DNA of 64,000 bases, taken from IMG/VR virus record IMGVR_UViG_3300037068_000153, positions 13,173-77,172 of that record; one strand, written 5' to 3'. The notes under the pieces were generated by a model. That model was not told the DNA's origin, did no database searches, and saw only the letters and a list, made by a program, of their open reading frames with translations. Below, one piece after another: positions 20,459 to 30,517 of this stretch. The stretch's first letter is position 1; every line of letters begins with the position of its first letter. The position numbers were made by a program, and so were the translations under genes. Source of the DNA: a virus.

Positions 20459-22603
20459 CTACGTTCGCGCGAGGAGGCGCTCCCACAACTCCGCCACCTT
20501 GTGGCGGCTGTGGGCCTGGGCATGAGCGCACATGGCGTCGGGCGTGCAGAGCTGGCCTTGGAGCACGGCCGCGATCGTCTCGACCCATGCTGACAATTTC
20601 TCGCCGGGACGCCCCGGGATTTTGATCGCCGCGTGGCCATGCACCTCCGCCAACGCGTCGGCGTCGGAGATGATGGGCTGGCACCCAGCCGCGCATGCAT
20701 CGAGGACAGAGCAGCCAAAGCCCTCCGTGTAGCGCACCGGGTCGCACGGGTACGCCAGCACAGTCGCCATGCGCAACTGCCGCGCCATCTCCCGGTTGGC
20801 GACCGGCCCGACGACCTCGATACCCCAGCCTGACGACAGAGTGCGCAGCGCCTCCTCGATGAAGCGCGCCCGGCGACCGACCTCGTCGGGCAGGTCACGC
20901 GCGCGATCGAGCCACGGCGCCAACCGGTAGAAGATCTTGAGCTCAGCTTCGGGCACGCGCGCCCGCACGGCGGGCCACATGGCGAGCAGGTGGTGCAGGC
21001 CGCGGTCGGGGGAGCTGCACCAGACGACGCGGTTGGTGACGCTCGGGTACGCCGAGCCGAATGCGAACAGGTCGATGTCGACGCTGTTGGGAATGATAGC
21101 GTGCATGCGCGCATCCCTCGCGTGCTCCATGACCTCATCGACGGCGTGGTGTTGGCGCGACGACTCCGACGGGAACACGGCCATGTCCGTCAGCATCTTC
21201 CAGTTGGGATTTCGGCAGTAGCCCCAGTCGTTGAGCTGCTGGTCGACGACGCGGAAGACGCCCGGCGGCGCGTGCGCCAGGTAGTCGGGCTCGTTCCACG
21301 CCACCACCGCATCGAGTCCGGGCACGTTGCGCAGCCCCTGTACGGCCTGGATCGGCAGCATGTGCGCGCCCGACTCGTGCTCGTGCGCGGCGACGGCGGG
21401 CGCCAGCACGATGACCTCATGCCCGCGCTCGGCCAACGTGCGCGCGAGGTTGAAGAAGCTGCCCTCGCTTCCGGTCAGCGCGGCGTCGCCGAGCTTGGCG
21501 AAGTCGAACGGGCCGTGAATGGCCGAGCTGAACTCGCCGTAGATCATCGCCACGCGGAGCTTGCGCGGTAGCACCGACAGCTTGCCGGGCGCCGTGCCCT
21601 CGTCGGAGAACTCGGCCGCAGTAGAGGTGAGCTCCGGCACCACCGGCGGGGAGACCGGGGGTAGGTCAGCGGCGGCGCCGGAGCTCGAGAGCAGGATAGC
21701 ACGGCGCTCCCGAAGGCTCCATTTGTTGACCGACGGGTAGCCGGCCGCCCGCTTGGAGTGCCAGATCTTCTCGTTCTCGCGCACGCCGCGCAGCCGCTTG
21801 AGCATCGGGAAGATACCGCGCGGGTTGGCGACCTCGACGACGAGCGAGGGGTCGAGAAACCACTGCACCCCGGCGGCACTCGTCAGGCGCGCGGCGAAGT
21901 CGGAGTCTTGGTAACCGTGTCCGCCGTCGAGGTCCTCGTCGAAGCCGTTGACCTCCAAACAGCGCTCGAGCCGCACCGACTCGCCCTTGGCGTGGAAGAA
22001 GACGGAGTCGATGGGCCCGGCCGCCATACGTAGCTTGGGGTCGGCGTCCGCCGTCGCGCGCCCGCCGCCATCCACGGTGTGCCCGGCGTCGGCGCGCTCG
22101 GACGGCTGACCGATAGAGACCATCCAGTCGTCGAGATATCCGCGTTCGAGGTCGCGCTGGTAGCGCTCCAGGTCGGACGCGGCATAGCGCAGGTTGAACT
22201 TCGCGGCTATCTCCAGCGCCACGTAGCGGTGCGGTGACATGAGCCCGGCGCGGCCGACGCTCGCGTCCGCGCGATGGAAGGCGGCGTGCAGCGCCAGCAG
22301 CCTCGGCGGCGGCCGTGAATAGTCGGTCAGGAACAGCGCCACTTCGCCCGACGCCGCAGCCAGCCCCGCGTTGGCGCAGGCGCAGTAACTGGCGACGGGG
22401 AAGGGATTGGTCCGGGGCTCGACGTGCACGACGCGCAGGAAGCGGTCGCGCGCCTCCTCCGCCACCTTGGCGGCGCGGTGGCGCTTGAGCACGTCGACCA
22501 GCACCAGCTCGAAGTCGGTGTGCGTCTGCGCGGCAAGCGCGTCGAGCAGCACGTCGACGCCGCCGGCACGGTAGGTCGGGACGATGACGGAGAGGAAAGG
22601 CAC
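20459..22603 (-). CDS. GT2 + GT4 glycosyltransferase fusion
   Basis: N-terminal FLSVIVPTYR...FELVLVD...NGFDED (GT-A fold); C-terminal GSEGS, SSPDRGL, EGFGCSVLDA (GT-B fold). Confidence 0.88.
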   Translation of the reverse strand: MPFLSVIVPTYRAGGVDVLLDALAAQTHTDFELVLVDVLKRHRAAKVAEEARDRFLRVVHVEPRTNPFPVASYCACANAGLAAASGEVALFLTDYSRPPPRLLALHAAFHRADASVGRAGLMSPHRYVALEIAAKFNLRYAASDLERYQRDLERGYLDDWMVSIGQPSERADAGHTVDGGGRATADADPKLRMAAGPIDSVFFHAKGESVRLERCLEVNGFDEDLDGGHGYQDSDFAARLTSAAGVQWFLDPSLVVEVANPRGIFPMLKRLRGVRENEKIWHSKRAAGYPSVNKWSLRERRAILLSSSGAAADLPPVSPPVVPELTSTAAEFSDEGTAPGKLSVLPRKLRVAMIYGEFSSAIHGPFDFAKLGDAALTGSEGSFFNLARTLAERGHEVIVLAPAVAAHEHESGAHMLPIQAVQGLRNVPGLDAVVAWNEPDYLAHAPPGVFRVVDQQLNDWGYCRNPNWKMLTDMAVFPSESSRQHHAVDEVMEHARDARMHAIIPNSVDIDLFAFGSAYPSVTNRVVWCSSPDRGLHHLLAMWPAVRARVPEAELKIFYRLAPWLDRARDLPDEVGRRARFIEEALRTLSSGWGIEVVGPVANREMARQLRMATVLAYPCDPVRYTEGFGCSVLDACAAGCQPIISDADALAEVHGHAAIKIPGRPGEKLSAWVETIAAVLQGQLCTPDAMCAHAQAHSRHKVAELWERLLART

Positions 22604-22605
22604 GA

Positions 22606-22908
22606 CTACTTCCGACCCCGCCAATCATCGATCTCCGCGAGCCGCTTCTCCAGCTCTGCGACGCGCTCCTCCAACTTCACCTTCTCCGGGTCAGCGCAAT
22701 CGGGCGTCTTCATGAGCGCATCGAGTTTCCTGGCGGCGGCGACCGCCTCCTTGAAATCGGCGATCAGCTTGCGCAGCTCTTCCATGTCAATCAACGGCTG
22801 GAGAATTTTCGTCCAGTCTGTTGGTGACGCTCGCAAAACGTCGAGACCATCGACAGGCGCCGGGAAGAGAGGCTTGTAGTAGTCCATCACGTTGGAGATG
22901 ACGCACAT
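22606..22908 (-). CDS. hypothetical coiled-coil protein
   Basis: Fills the gap in the operon. Confidence 0.55.
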   Translation of the reverse strand: MCVISNVMDYYKPLFPAPVDGLDVLRASPTDWTKILQPLIDMEELRKLIADFKEAVAAARKLDALMKTPDCADPEKVKLEERVAELEKRLAEIDDWRGRK

Positions 22909-22919
22909 TGCTCGCGCTC

Positions 22920-23540
22920 CTACTTGAGAGTTTCGAGGGTCAGTTCGTACCAGACCGCCGGCCCATGCACGTTGATCCGCTGCGCCTTCGGGAAGCCGTG
23001 CGCCGCCAGCGCCTCGCGCAGCGTCTCCTCCGTGTAACCGGCGCAGTGCTTGTCAAAGTCGGCCAACGTCTGCTGCTCCTCGTGCACGCCGCAAACCGCG
23101 CAGGGCACAAAGGCTGCGCTTCGCCCCTCGTGCTGCATCCGCGCGCGGGCGGCCTGGCACGAGAGGCAATCGCGCAGGGGCAGCGCTCCCTGCTCTCCCC
23201 AGACCAGCTCCGCCAGCCGCGGGTCGCGCGGGTCGGCCAGCCATCGGCGCATGACCTCGCGCATGTCCACCTCGCCCACGACCAACCGGCCGCCCGGGCG
23301 CAGCACGCGGCGGACGTCGTCGAGCACGCGGCCGTGGTGGTGTGGGGCGAGGTGCAGGAGGAGGTACCCGGCGTAGACCTCGACCACAGACTCATCGGGG
23401 AAGGGGATATCCTGTGAGCGCGCGTCCCAGACGACATCGCAGCCGCGCCGCGCCAGCGGCCACTTGGCGACCACGTCGAGGTTGACCCAACCGTCGCGAA
23501 TGTCGGTCCCGCTGGCGAGGTTAAGGCGCAGCGGCTGCAT
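22920..23540 (-). CDS. class I SAM-dependent methyltransferase with Zn-ribbon insert
   Basis: RLNLASG..GWVNLD, PFPDESV, RRVLRPGGRL; CLSC..CAVC insert. Confidence 0.82.
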   Translation of the reverse strand: MQPLRLNLASGTDIRDGWVNLDVVAKWPLARRGCDVVWDARSQDIPFPDESVVEVYAGYLLLHLAPHHHGRVLDDVRRVLRPGGRLVVGEVDMREVMRRWLADPRDPRLAELVWGEQGALPLRDCLSCQAARARMQHEGRSAAFVPCAVCGVHEEQQTLADFDKHCAGYTEETLREALAAHGFPKAQRINVHGPAVWYELTLETLK

Positions 23541-23788
23541 CAATTCACCTTCTTTTCGTCGACGGCTCGCAGCGCCCGCGACATACGCACCTGCGCCTCG
23601 TATTGCTTCCAGTTGAGCGCGATGGCGTCGTCGGTAAGTTTGCTTTGTCGCTCGTGCGCGGCTAACCAAAAATCGCACTGCTGACGCCAGAAATCGCGAT
23701 CCTTCTGGTCGTCCCTTCGCCACTGGTACTCGCGCCACCAGCACAGGACGGAGACGCAAAGGCATAAGAGCATGAATTCGCGCGACAC
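23540..23788 (-). CDS. small membrane-anchored protein
   Basis: Hydrophobic N-terminus plus helix. Confidence 0.5.
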   Translation of the reverse strand: MSREFMLLCLCVSVLCWWREYQWRRDDQKDRDFWRQQCDFWLAAHERQSKLTDDAIALNWKQYEAQVRMSRALRAVDEKKVN

Positions 23789-24598
23789 CTACTTCGTCTC
23801 CGGCGGCAGCCACTGCTTGCGGCCGCCCGCGTGCAAGAGGACGTTGTTGACGCCCTCGCACGCCTCGAGCACGCGCTGCGGGACGCCCTGCATGCGGCCC
23901 AGCTCGACGAGCGCGCGCATGTCCTTAGGGAAGCACGTCCCGCCGTAGCCGCGATAGCCGTCGGTGTCGACGTCGAGGTAACCGGGGCCGACGCGCGGGT
24001 CGGCCTCCGCCATGCGCTTGACCTCGTTGTATGAGACGCCCATCGCCTCGCACAGGTCGAAGATCTGATTGGCGAACGTGATACGCATCGACAGGAAGCA
24101 GTTGGAGAAGTACTTGACGAACTCCGCTTGCCGCCGCGTGGCCACCGACGTGAACGGCGCGCGCGGCAGGATGGCGAGCACGTCCCGGGCGGCAGCGTCC
24201 TGGCCCGAGCCGCAGCCGACGATCTGCCGGTCGGGCTCGACGAAATCCTGGTAGGCACAGCGCTCGCGCAAGAACTCGGGGTTGAAGAGCAAGGTATGCT
24301 GAGGGAATTTCTCTTGGAGGTAGTCGGTCGTCCCCGGCAGCACAGTAGACTTGACCACCACCACCTTGGACCCTGGCACTACCGCCACCGCCGCGCGCAC
24401 GAACGAGTCGTCGAACCCGTCGGGCCCATACGGTGTCGGGACGCAGACGAAGGCAACGTCGACGCGCTCGAGGTCCGCCACCACGCCGATGCCCTTGGGC
24501 GGGTCGTACTCGACGACGGTAAAACGTGCATCACCCTTGAAGTAGCGCGAGACGGCGCCGCCCACGAAGCCGACGCCCATGATGCCGATTGTTCTCAT
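23789..24598 (-). CDS. ugd: UDP-glucose/GDP-mannose dehydrogenase family (lacks C-terminal domain)
   Basis: GVGFVG, VCVPTP, KSTVLPGTT, NPEFLRE, KYFSN, GYGGTCFPKD. Confidence 0.9.
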   Translation of the reverse strand: MRTIGIMGVGFVGGAVSRYFKGDARFTVVEYDPPKGIGVVADLERVDVAFVCVPTPYGPDGFDDSFVRAAVAVVPGSKVVVVKSTVLPGTTDYLQEKFPQHTLLFNPEFLRERCAYQDFVEPDRQIVGCGSGQDAAARDVLAILPRAPFTSVATRRQAEFVKYFSNCFLSMRITFANQIFDLCEAMGVSYNEVKRMAEADPRVGPGYLDVDTDGYRGYGGTCFPKDMRALVELGRMQGVPQRVLEACEGVNNVLLHAGGRKQWLPPETK

Positions 24599-25680
24599 TT
24601 GACCCCCTCGTAGACCTTCTGCAGCTCCGTCTCGTTCTCCGCCGCCCAGCGCAGCACACGGTCCGAGCCCTCCTCGACGTTGACCAACGGGCGCCAGCCC
24701 GTCGCTTCCGTGAAGCGCGAGTGATCGACAAACACGAGCTGATCTTCGTGCTTGCGGCCGGGCGCCTCAACAATCCTGCAGCCCGTCATCCCCTGCACCT
24801 TGATCGCCATGCGCATCACGCTGGTGACGTTCTTGTACCCGCCGCCGATGTTGAACACCTTGCCCGTGATCGACTTGTCCATCTTCGCGTCGATCTCAGA
24901 CCACGACGTCGAGAGGACGCGTTCTGCCTGGAGGTTTCGAATAGCCGCCCAGCACGCGCTGGCGACGTCCGAGCCGTAGAGCATGTCGCGCGCCTGCGCG
25001 CCACCGCCCTGTACTTCGATATCTCGCCCCATGGCGCCAGCGATGCAGAACCACGTCAGCCACCCGTGGCGCGGGCCGTGGCACGGCGCTGGGCCGTAGA
25101 GGTTCGAGCAACGCAGCGTGACGACGGGCAGGTCGTACGAGCGCGCCCACGCCATGGCGAGCATCGACTGCGCCGCCTTCGATGCGGCGTAGGGCTCGTC
25201 GGGGGCGAGCTGATCGGTTTCCTTTAGTCCACCATGCCATTGCATCTGGCTGGACTGCTGTCCGCAAAGCGGATCGCCATCTTGATCCAAGAAGCCAGAG
25301 GTTGCATACGGCTTCACGCTCGACAGCACGACCGTCGGCAGTGGGTGCTTACGGAGCGCGTCGAGCAGCACTTTGGTGGCGTCGACGTTCGAGGCCCAGT
25401 CGTCGTCGGGGTGGAGCGCGCTGTGTGGGATGCCGGTCGATGCGGCGGCGTGGATGACGGCGTCGCAGTACGGAAGGATATCGCGGAGTGAATTCGCGCT
25501 GTATTCTAGGCAATCAAAATGGATTTCAGGATCATATTTTAACCGTAACTGATTCGCGATCCACTGGTTTCGTTCTTCTGCAGCCGAATCGATGATGACA
25601 ACCTCGTGTCCCTCATCGAATAGTGAGCGCGCGATCTGCGAGCCAATGCACCCGAGCCCTCCCGTCACGAGCACTCTCAT
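24595..25680 (-). CDS. NAD-dependent NDP-sugar epimerase (CDP-paratose 2-epimerase-like)
   Basis: VTGGLGCIGS, PYAASK, LRCSNLYGP, HGWLTWF, QARDMLY. Confidence 0.8.
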   Translation of the reverse strand: MRVLVTGGLGCIGSQIARSLFDEGHEVVIIDSAAEERNQWIANQLRLKYDPEIHFDCLEYSANSLRDILPYCDAVIHAAASTGIPHSALHPDDDWASNVDATKVLLDALRKHPLPTVVLSSVKPYATSGFLDQDGDPLCGQQSSQMQWHGGLKETDQLAPDEPYAASKAAQSMLAMAWARSYDLPVVTLRCSNLYGPAPCHGPRHGWLTWFCIAGAMGRDIEVQGGGAQARDMLYGSDVASACWAAIRNLQAERVLSTSWSEIDAKMDKSITGKVFNIGGGYKNVTSVMRMAIKVQGMTGCRIVEAPGRKHEDQLVFVDHSRFTEATGWRPLVNVEEGSDRVLRWAAENETELQKVYEGVK

Positions 25681-25838
25681 CGGCGCGTCTTCCAGCTCGC
25701 GGCCTTCTCGCAGGCGATCGAGCACTGCTGGCCGATCGTCATCGTTCCGCACTCCGTGCACGGTTGGCGCGGGCACCTACAGTCTGAGGTGAGCCCACCC
25801 ATCCGCGGCGTCAGACACTGCGGTCTATGTCGCTTCAT
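25677..25838 (-). CDS. small Cys-rich protein
   Basis: ATGA-coupled; CRC..CTECG..CSIAC. Confidence 0.45.
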   Translation of the reverse strand: MKRHRPQCLTPRMGGLTSDCRCPRQPCTECGTMTIGQQCSIACEKAASWKTRR

Positions 25839-27316
25839 CGTCCGACCTCCACATATCTCGGCAGAGGATTCGCCGCCAACTCGCTCGCGACACCTCGGAA
25901 CATCGCTTCCCACTCGGCGGCGCGCGACCGCCAGCTCAGGTCGGCGAGCGCGTCCACGCGCGCGGGCTCCGCGATCGAGCGCCGCCACGCGTCGTCAGTC
26001 AGCGCGCGGACGCACAGCTCGACGAACTCCTGTGGGCTGCCTGCGAGCGCACCGTGCTTCACGGTCTCGGCAAGGGCGGCGATGCCCGAGTGCACCGCGA
26101 CGCAGCCGGCGGCCTGCGCCTCCATCGCGCTGATGCACGACGTCTCCGTGAACTGCGTCCAGTGCGGCCAGACCTTGGCGCGCAAGAACGCGTCGGCGAG
26201 CTCGCGCTGGTTGACCCGCCCGTGCAGGTGGATGCCCGAGCCCGGGTGCGCGCGCTCGGTCAAAAATTTCTTGAACGCCTCGATCTGCGCTAGCTCGTCA
26301 GTGGCACCGCGGGCGCGCGCGAATGCCTCCCAGCAGTCGAAGCCGTAGTAAACGTGCAGCTCCGCGTCGGGCACTCGCGCGCGGATGAAGGGGAAGTTAT
26401 GCACCAGCGTGTCGAGCCCGCGGTTGGGCGACGACGAGAAAACGAGGTGATTTTTCTTGTACGGACCGTCGGTAAGGTCGAGACCAAATCGCTCCGGGTT
26501 GATGCCGTTGCGCGTGACGAGCACGCGGTCGGGGTCGAGGCCCGGGTAGGTCGAAACGAAGTGGTCCTTGTGCCAGCGGCTGAGGCACAGGATGCGGTCG
26601 AAGCGCATGATCCAGCGCTGCATCTGTGGCGAGTCGGGGCCGACGTTGACGTCGTGCACCCATAGAAGCTTGACCCGCGCCTGTACGTCTCCGGGGCGCT
26701 CCATGATGGCGGCCTGGCGCGAGGAAATGAAAATGTCGCACTCGATGGGCGCGCGGGCGTTTTGCCACTGCACATAGCAGACGCCATCGAAGATGTTGCC
26801 GTGGCCACCGGGCAGCTCGCCAAACACCGTTACGTCGTGCCCGAGCGCCGCCAGCTCGCGCGCCATCTCGATGCACGCCGTCTCGCTGCCGCCGATGCCG
26901 CGCGTCTCGGGCGTGGTCGGGTCCCACGGCTCGATGGCGGGGCCGACCCAAAAGACGATTCGCTGCTTGCTCGCGTGATAGAAGAGCGCTGTCGTCTCCC
27001 CCTCGTTCGTAGTCTCGAATGTGCCGGACACGCTGGCCGGACGCTTCGCGTCGTCTAGCTGGATTCTCAGCCCAGATGACTTGAGCCAGCCGTCATCGCG
27101 TTCGCCGTGTTTGGCCGTCGCCAACGCCATTCGGTTGACGATAGCGTCGTTGCGGATGGACTTCGGCATCGCGTCGAGGAACTTGAGCGCTCGCGCGTTG
27201 TTCTTGTCGACGTGCACCAACTGCTTCCACAGCTGCATGGCGTAGATGACGTAGGCGTCGGGGTTCTGCTGCACCGGCGGCGCGTCGAGGTCCTCGAACT
27301 TGGTGAACTCCACCAT
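25835..27316 (-). CDS. GT4 glycosyltransferase (possibly the C-terminal part of the upstream gene)
   Basis: GIGGSETA, LWVHD, NGI, SSSPNRGL, ETSCISAMEAQAAG. Confidence 0.85.
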   Translation of the reverse strand: MVEFTKFEDLDAPPVQQNPDAYVIYAMQLWKQLVHVDKNNARALKFLDAMPKSIRNDAIVNRMALATAKHGERDDGWLKSSGLRIQLDDAKRPASVSGTFETTNEGETTALFYHASKQRIVFWVGPAIEPWDPTTPETRGIGGSETACIEMARELAALGHDVTVFGELPGGHGNIFDGVCYVQWQNARAPIECDIFISSRQAAIMERPGDVQARVKLLWVHDVNVGPDSPQMQRWIMRFDRILCLSRWHKDHFVSTYPGLDPDRVLVTRNGINPERFGLDLTDGPYKKNHLVFSSSPNRGLDTLVHNFPFIRARVPDAELHVYYGFDCWEAFARARGATDELAQIEAFKKFLTERAHPGSGIHLHGRVNQRELADAFLRAKVWPHWTQFTETSCISAMEAQAAGCVAVHSGIAALAETVKHGALAGSPQEFVELCVRALTDDAWRRSIAEPARVDALADLSWRSRAAEWEAMFRGVASELAANPLPRYVEVGR

Positions 27317-28568
27317 CGGCTTCGACTGCGCAGGTGGGGGCGCTGCGCCGCGCCAGCTCGGCCTCATAGCTGGCGAGGTTGTACTTGAGCATGCCCGGCG
27401 CGCCGCCGGCGACGCCCGGGTCGTCCGGGCAGGCCGCGAGCCCCGCCTTGCACGACGCGATCGCCTCCTCGAGCCGGCCCATGAGCGCCAGCGCATGGTT
27501 GAGATAGATGTGCGGCCGATACGTGCGGTCGAGCGGGTTGGCGCCCAGCATCGAGTCGGTATTGCCGATCTTCATCGCCCGCTCGGTATACGCGACGCAG
27601 TCGGGGTGCCGGCCGCGCAGGTAGGCGATCCGCGCCAGCCCGAAGAGGCCGTCGGGGTTGTCGGGCATCTCCATCGCCGCCGTCGCGTACTCACGGTTGG
27701 CCCGATTGTACGAGTCCTCGGGCGCGCCGCCGAGCTGACCGAATTCCAGCATGGAGCCCAGTGCCACGTGCGCCGCCGCCCTCTCCTCGCACCAGCCCGA
27801 GCGCTTGAGGTAGTCCTCGTAGAACTCGGCGCTCTTGTGCGGTTCGACCCAGCGCGCTTCCTGCCCGAGGTAGAAGAGAGTGCGCGGATCGACCACGGCG
27901 CCGTTGGCGCGGTCGGCCGCCAGCTGGCGCAGGAGGATCTTGTAGTTGCGGTTGGGGACCGTCTTGCGGTCGGCCTTGCGTCGGTGGATGTTGGTGATGC
28001 CCTCGTAGCGCCACGATTGCACGAAGCGCGTCGGCATGAGCACTTCATGCACAGGGTTGACCCATACCGCCGCACCGGCGCGTACGACGCGCTCGCGCCA
28101 CTGGCGATAGAAAGTACGCCCCTTGTCGTCGCGCGCGTAGTCGTAAGCCAGGAAGCCGAGGTCCAGGTTGCGCGCGCGCATGTCGGCGACGACCTGGCGC
28201 AGCTTGTCCGCCCCCTCGACCACGTCGTCGGAGTCCATCCAGTAGATGAACTCGCCGCGCGCCATCGAGAAGGACTTGCGGCGGGCGGCGCCGAAGTCGC
28301 CCAGCATGATCTCGCCGGTGTAGGGCGCCGGCGCCCCGAACGCGCCGCACGTCGCCTCGTCGTCGCGGAAGAACGCCTCGGGGTTGGTCTCGGGCGTGAA
28401 GAGCCCGACGCGCGCGCCATGGCGCTCCGCCACCGCGGTCGTGGCGTCGGTCGAGCCCGTGTCGACCACCACGATCTCGTCGGCGCAGTCGCGCACGGAG
28501 GTGAGCGCGGCGTCGAGGTTCTGCTCCTCGTCCTTCGCGATGAGGCAGATGGAGAGCTCGACCGTCAT
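27093..28568 (-). CDS. GT2 glycosyltransferase with TPR repeats
   Basis: LSICLIAKDEE, VVDTGSTD, WMDSDD, VHE, followed by TPR-like helices (FYLGQE..). Confidence 0.88.
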   Translation of the reverse strand: MTVELSICLIAKDEEQNLDAALTSVRDCADEIVVVDTGSTDATTAVAERHGARVGLFTPETNPEAFFRDDEATCGAFGAPAPYTGEIMLGDFGAARRKSFSMARGEFIYWMDSDDVVEGADKLRQVVADMRARNLDLGFLAYDYARDDKGRTFYRQWRERVVRAGAAVWVNPVHEVLMPTRFVQSWRYEGITNIHRRKADRKTVPNRNYKILLRQLAADRANGAVVDPRTLFYLGQEARWVEPHKSAEFYEDYLKRSGWCEERAAAHVALGSMLEFGQLGGAPEDSYNRANREYATAAMEMPDNPDGLFGLARIAYLRGRHPDCVAYTERAMKIGNTDSMLGANPLDRTYRPHIYLNHALALMGRLEEAIASCKAGLAACPDDPGVAGGAPGMLKYNLASYEAELARRSAPTCAVEADGGVHQVRGPRRAAGAAEPRRLRHLRHAAVEAVGARRQEQRASAQVPRRDAEVHPQRRYRQPNGVGDGQTRRTR

Positions 28569-28825
28569 TTCTTCTCCGATTTTTTCAGGTGCGCGTTGAT
28601 GGCCTGGCGGATCCAGTCCGAGGGCTTCTTGTCGACGCGTAGCGCCGCGCGTCGCAACCGTCCCCATGTCTCAGGATCGACGCGGAAGGTGCACCACTTC
28701 GATTTCGTTAGCGGTTCGAAACCGTCATCGAAATCACCGATGTCATCTTGCCCTTTGATACTGAAACTGGCGCTTGGTGTATCGCCAGGATCAAATATTT
28801 CTTCGCTGATGCGCTTGCGGGGCAT
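28565..28825 (-). CDS. ribbon-helix-helix DNA-binding protein
   Basis: KWCTFRVDPETWGRLRRAA..KPSDWIRQAI pattern. Confidence 0.7.
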   Translation of the reverse strand: MPRKRISEEIFDPGDTPSASFSIKGQDDIGDFDDGFEPLTKSKWCTFRVDPETWGRLRRAALRVDKKPSDWIRQAINAHLKKSEKK

Positions 28826-28842
28826 GTGTCACGATGTGACAC
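28826..28842. promoter_or_regulatory. perfect 7-3-7 inverted repeat GTGTCAC-GAT-GTGACAC (operator candidate)
   Basis: Abuts the RHH start codon; half-sites recur upstream of other late genes. Confidence 0.65.
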
Positions 28843-28873
28843 CGCGTGGAGAAATTGCGCAAGGGGTTTCTCT

Positions 28874-30505
28874 CTAGAGCGTGAGCCAGTTGCATAGCTG
28901 CGTCGACCCGCCGCGCGCCATGAACCCGCGAGAGCCGAACGCGCTGCTCAATACGTAGCCGCTGGGCGAATCGTCGACGAGACCGGAGACGCCGCGGACG
29001 AGCACGGGGTAGCTGGCGCCCACGCCGCCGGCGCCGTCTTTGACCAGATGCACGGCCCCCGTAGGCGTACCGCTGGCGCCTAAGAAAACGCTGAGGGATG
29101 CGCCGGTGCTCATGATGATGATCGCATAGTCGCCCGGGATCGCCGTGTAGTGGGTCGAGATCCAGCGCGTCTGCAGCACGGCGCCGCCGATATAGTCCAT
29201 GCGCAACCCGCTCGATCCAGCGGTGTTGCCGAAATAGCCCGCCAGCCCGGTGGGACCTGTTGGACCCTGCGGCCCCGTAAATCCTGTCGCGCCGGCGGGC
29301 CCTGTAGCGCCCGTGACGCCGACCGCGCCCGTGTTGCCGCGGGGGCCGACCGCTCCCCCGGGGCCCGTGGGGCCGGTCGCGCCCGTCGCGCCGGCGGGAC
29401 CCGTAGGTCCGGTGACGCCGCGAGCGCCGACCGCGCCGGCGGGACCTGTAGGGCCAGTTACGCCCGTCGCTCCGGCCGGGCCCGTAGGGCCTGTGTTACC
29501 GCGGGGGCCGACCGCTCCCCCGGGGCCCGTCGGGCCGGTCGCACCGGTGAAGCCCTGGGGACCGGTGGGTCCCGTGACACCGCGCGCTCCGGTTGGGCCC
29601 GTAGCGCCGGTGACGCCTGCGGGGCCAGTCGGCCCCGTCGCTCCGGTGACACCGGTGCTCCCTCGCGGGCCCGTCGGGCCAGTCGCGCCCGTCGCGCCGG
29701 CCGGACCCGTAGGGCCCGTCGCACCGGTGACGCCCTGCGCGCCCGTGTTGCCGCGCGGGCCCGTGGGGCCGGTCGCGCCGGTAGCTCCGGCCGGGCCTGT
29801 CGGACCGGTCGCGCCCTGCAGACCCGTGACGCCCGTAGCACCGACGCCGGTCGCGCCGCGCGGGCCCGTGGGTCCAGTCGCGCCGGCGCCGCCGTGCTGC
29901 CCGATATAGGCCCAGCCCGTCGCCACCTGAAGCAGGCTGGCGTTGATTGGGCTGTGCGTGACCCCCTGCACCGTGGCGCGGAAGGTCGAAACGGCGGTGG
30001 CGCCGAACGTGGGGTCGTTCGCCTGCACGGCGTCGTTGAGGTTGTAGCCGCTCGTGCCGCCCGACCAGAAGCCAGGCAGCCAATGAAGGCCGAACACGAC
30101 CGGCACGGCCGGCGGGGTGGTCACAACGTCGGTGAAGAGCGATTGCGACGTGAGGACGACGAAGGGCGAGGAGACCAGCAGCTGTTCGCGGGTGTTGTCC
30201 GCCCGCGTGAGCACGACGTCGACGAGGTACGGCCCCGCGGGCTTCTCGACCGTGTCCGTCGAGACGACGGAGAAGATGACGTTGCCGCTGGTCGGGTCGC
30301 CGCCGACGAAGCCTGTGTACATGCGCGCGAAAAGCAGTACGCCCTGCTGGTCGCGCACCGACATGACGACGGCGAGCGCGCCGGTCATGTCGACCGCTGT
30401 GCTGTCGACGAAGGCCAGGTGGAAGTCGCGGTCCTCCCCCTGCGCGACCTCGAGCTCTTGCGCAGTGCCGACGCTGATGGTGAGTCCGGTTACACGTGCG
30501 GCCAT
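28874..30505 (-). CDS. collagen-like fibre protein 2 with BppU-like N-terminal domain
   Basis: About 215 aa of GAT/GPT/GVT/GPR triplets (approx. 29240-29890); N-terminal QGEDRDF..VDMTGA. Confidence 0.85.
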   Translation of the reverse strand: MAARVTGLTISVGTAQELEVAQGEDRDFHLAFVDSTAVDMTGALAVVMSVRDQQGVLLFARMYTGFVGGDPTSGNVIFSVVSTDTVEKPAGPYLVDVVLTRADNTREQLLVSSPFVVLTSQSLFTDVVTTPPAVPVVFGLHWLPGFWSGGTSGYNLNDAVQANDPTFGATAVSTFRATVQGVTHSPINASLLQVATGWAYIGQHGGAGATGPTGPRGATGVGATGVTGLQGATGPTGPAGATGATGPTGPRGNTGAQGVTGATGPTGPAGATGATGPTGPRGSTGVTGATGPTGPAGVTGATGPTGARGVTGPTGPQGFTGATGPTGPGGAVGPRGNTGPTGPAGATGVTGPTGPAGAVGARGVTGPTGPAGATGATGPTGPGGAVGPRGNTGAVGVTGATGPAGATGFTGPQGPTGPTGLAGYFGNTAGSSGLRMDYIGGAVLQTRWISTHYTAIPGDYAIIIMSTGASLSVFLGASGTPTGAVHLVKDGAGGVGASYPVLVRGVSGLVDDSPSGYVLSSAFGSRGFMARGGSTQLCNWLTL

Positions 30506-30517
30506 GCGGCGAGTCTA

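Noticed and set aside
18477-29890. Repeat arrays as CRISPR or DGR elements
   Set aside because: They are coding collagen triplets with synonymous variation; there are no spacers, cas genes or reverse transcriptase.
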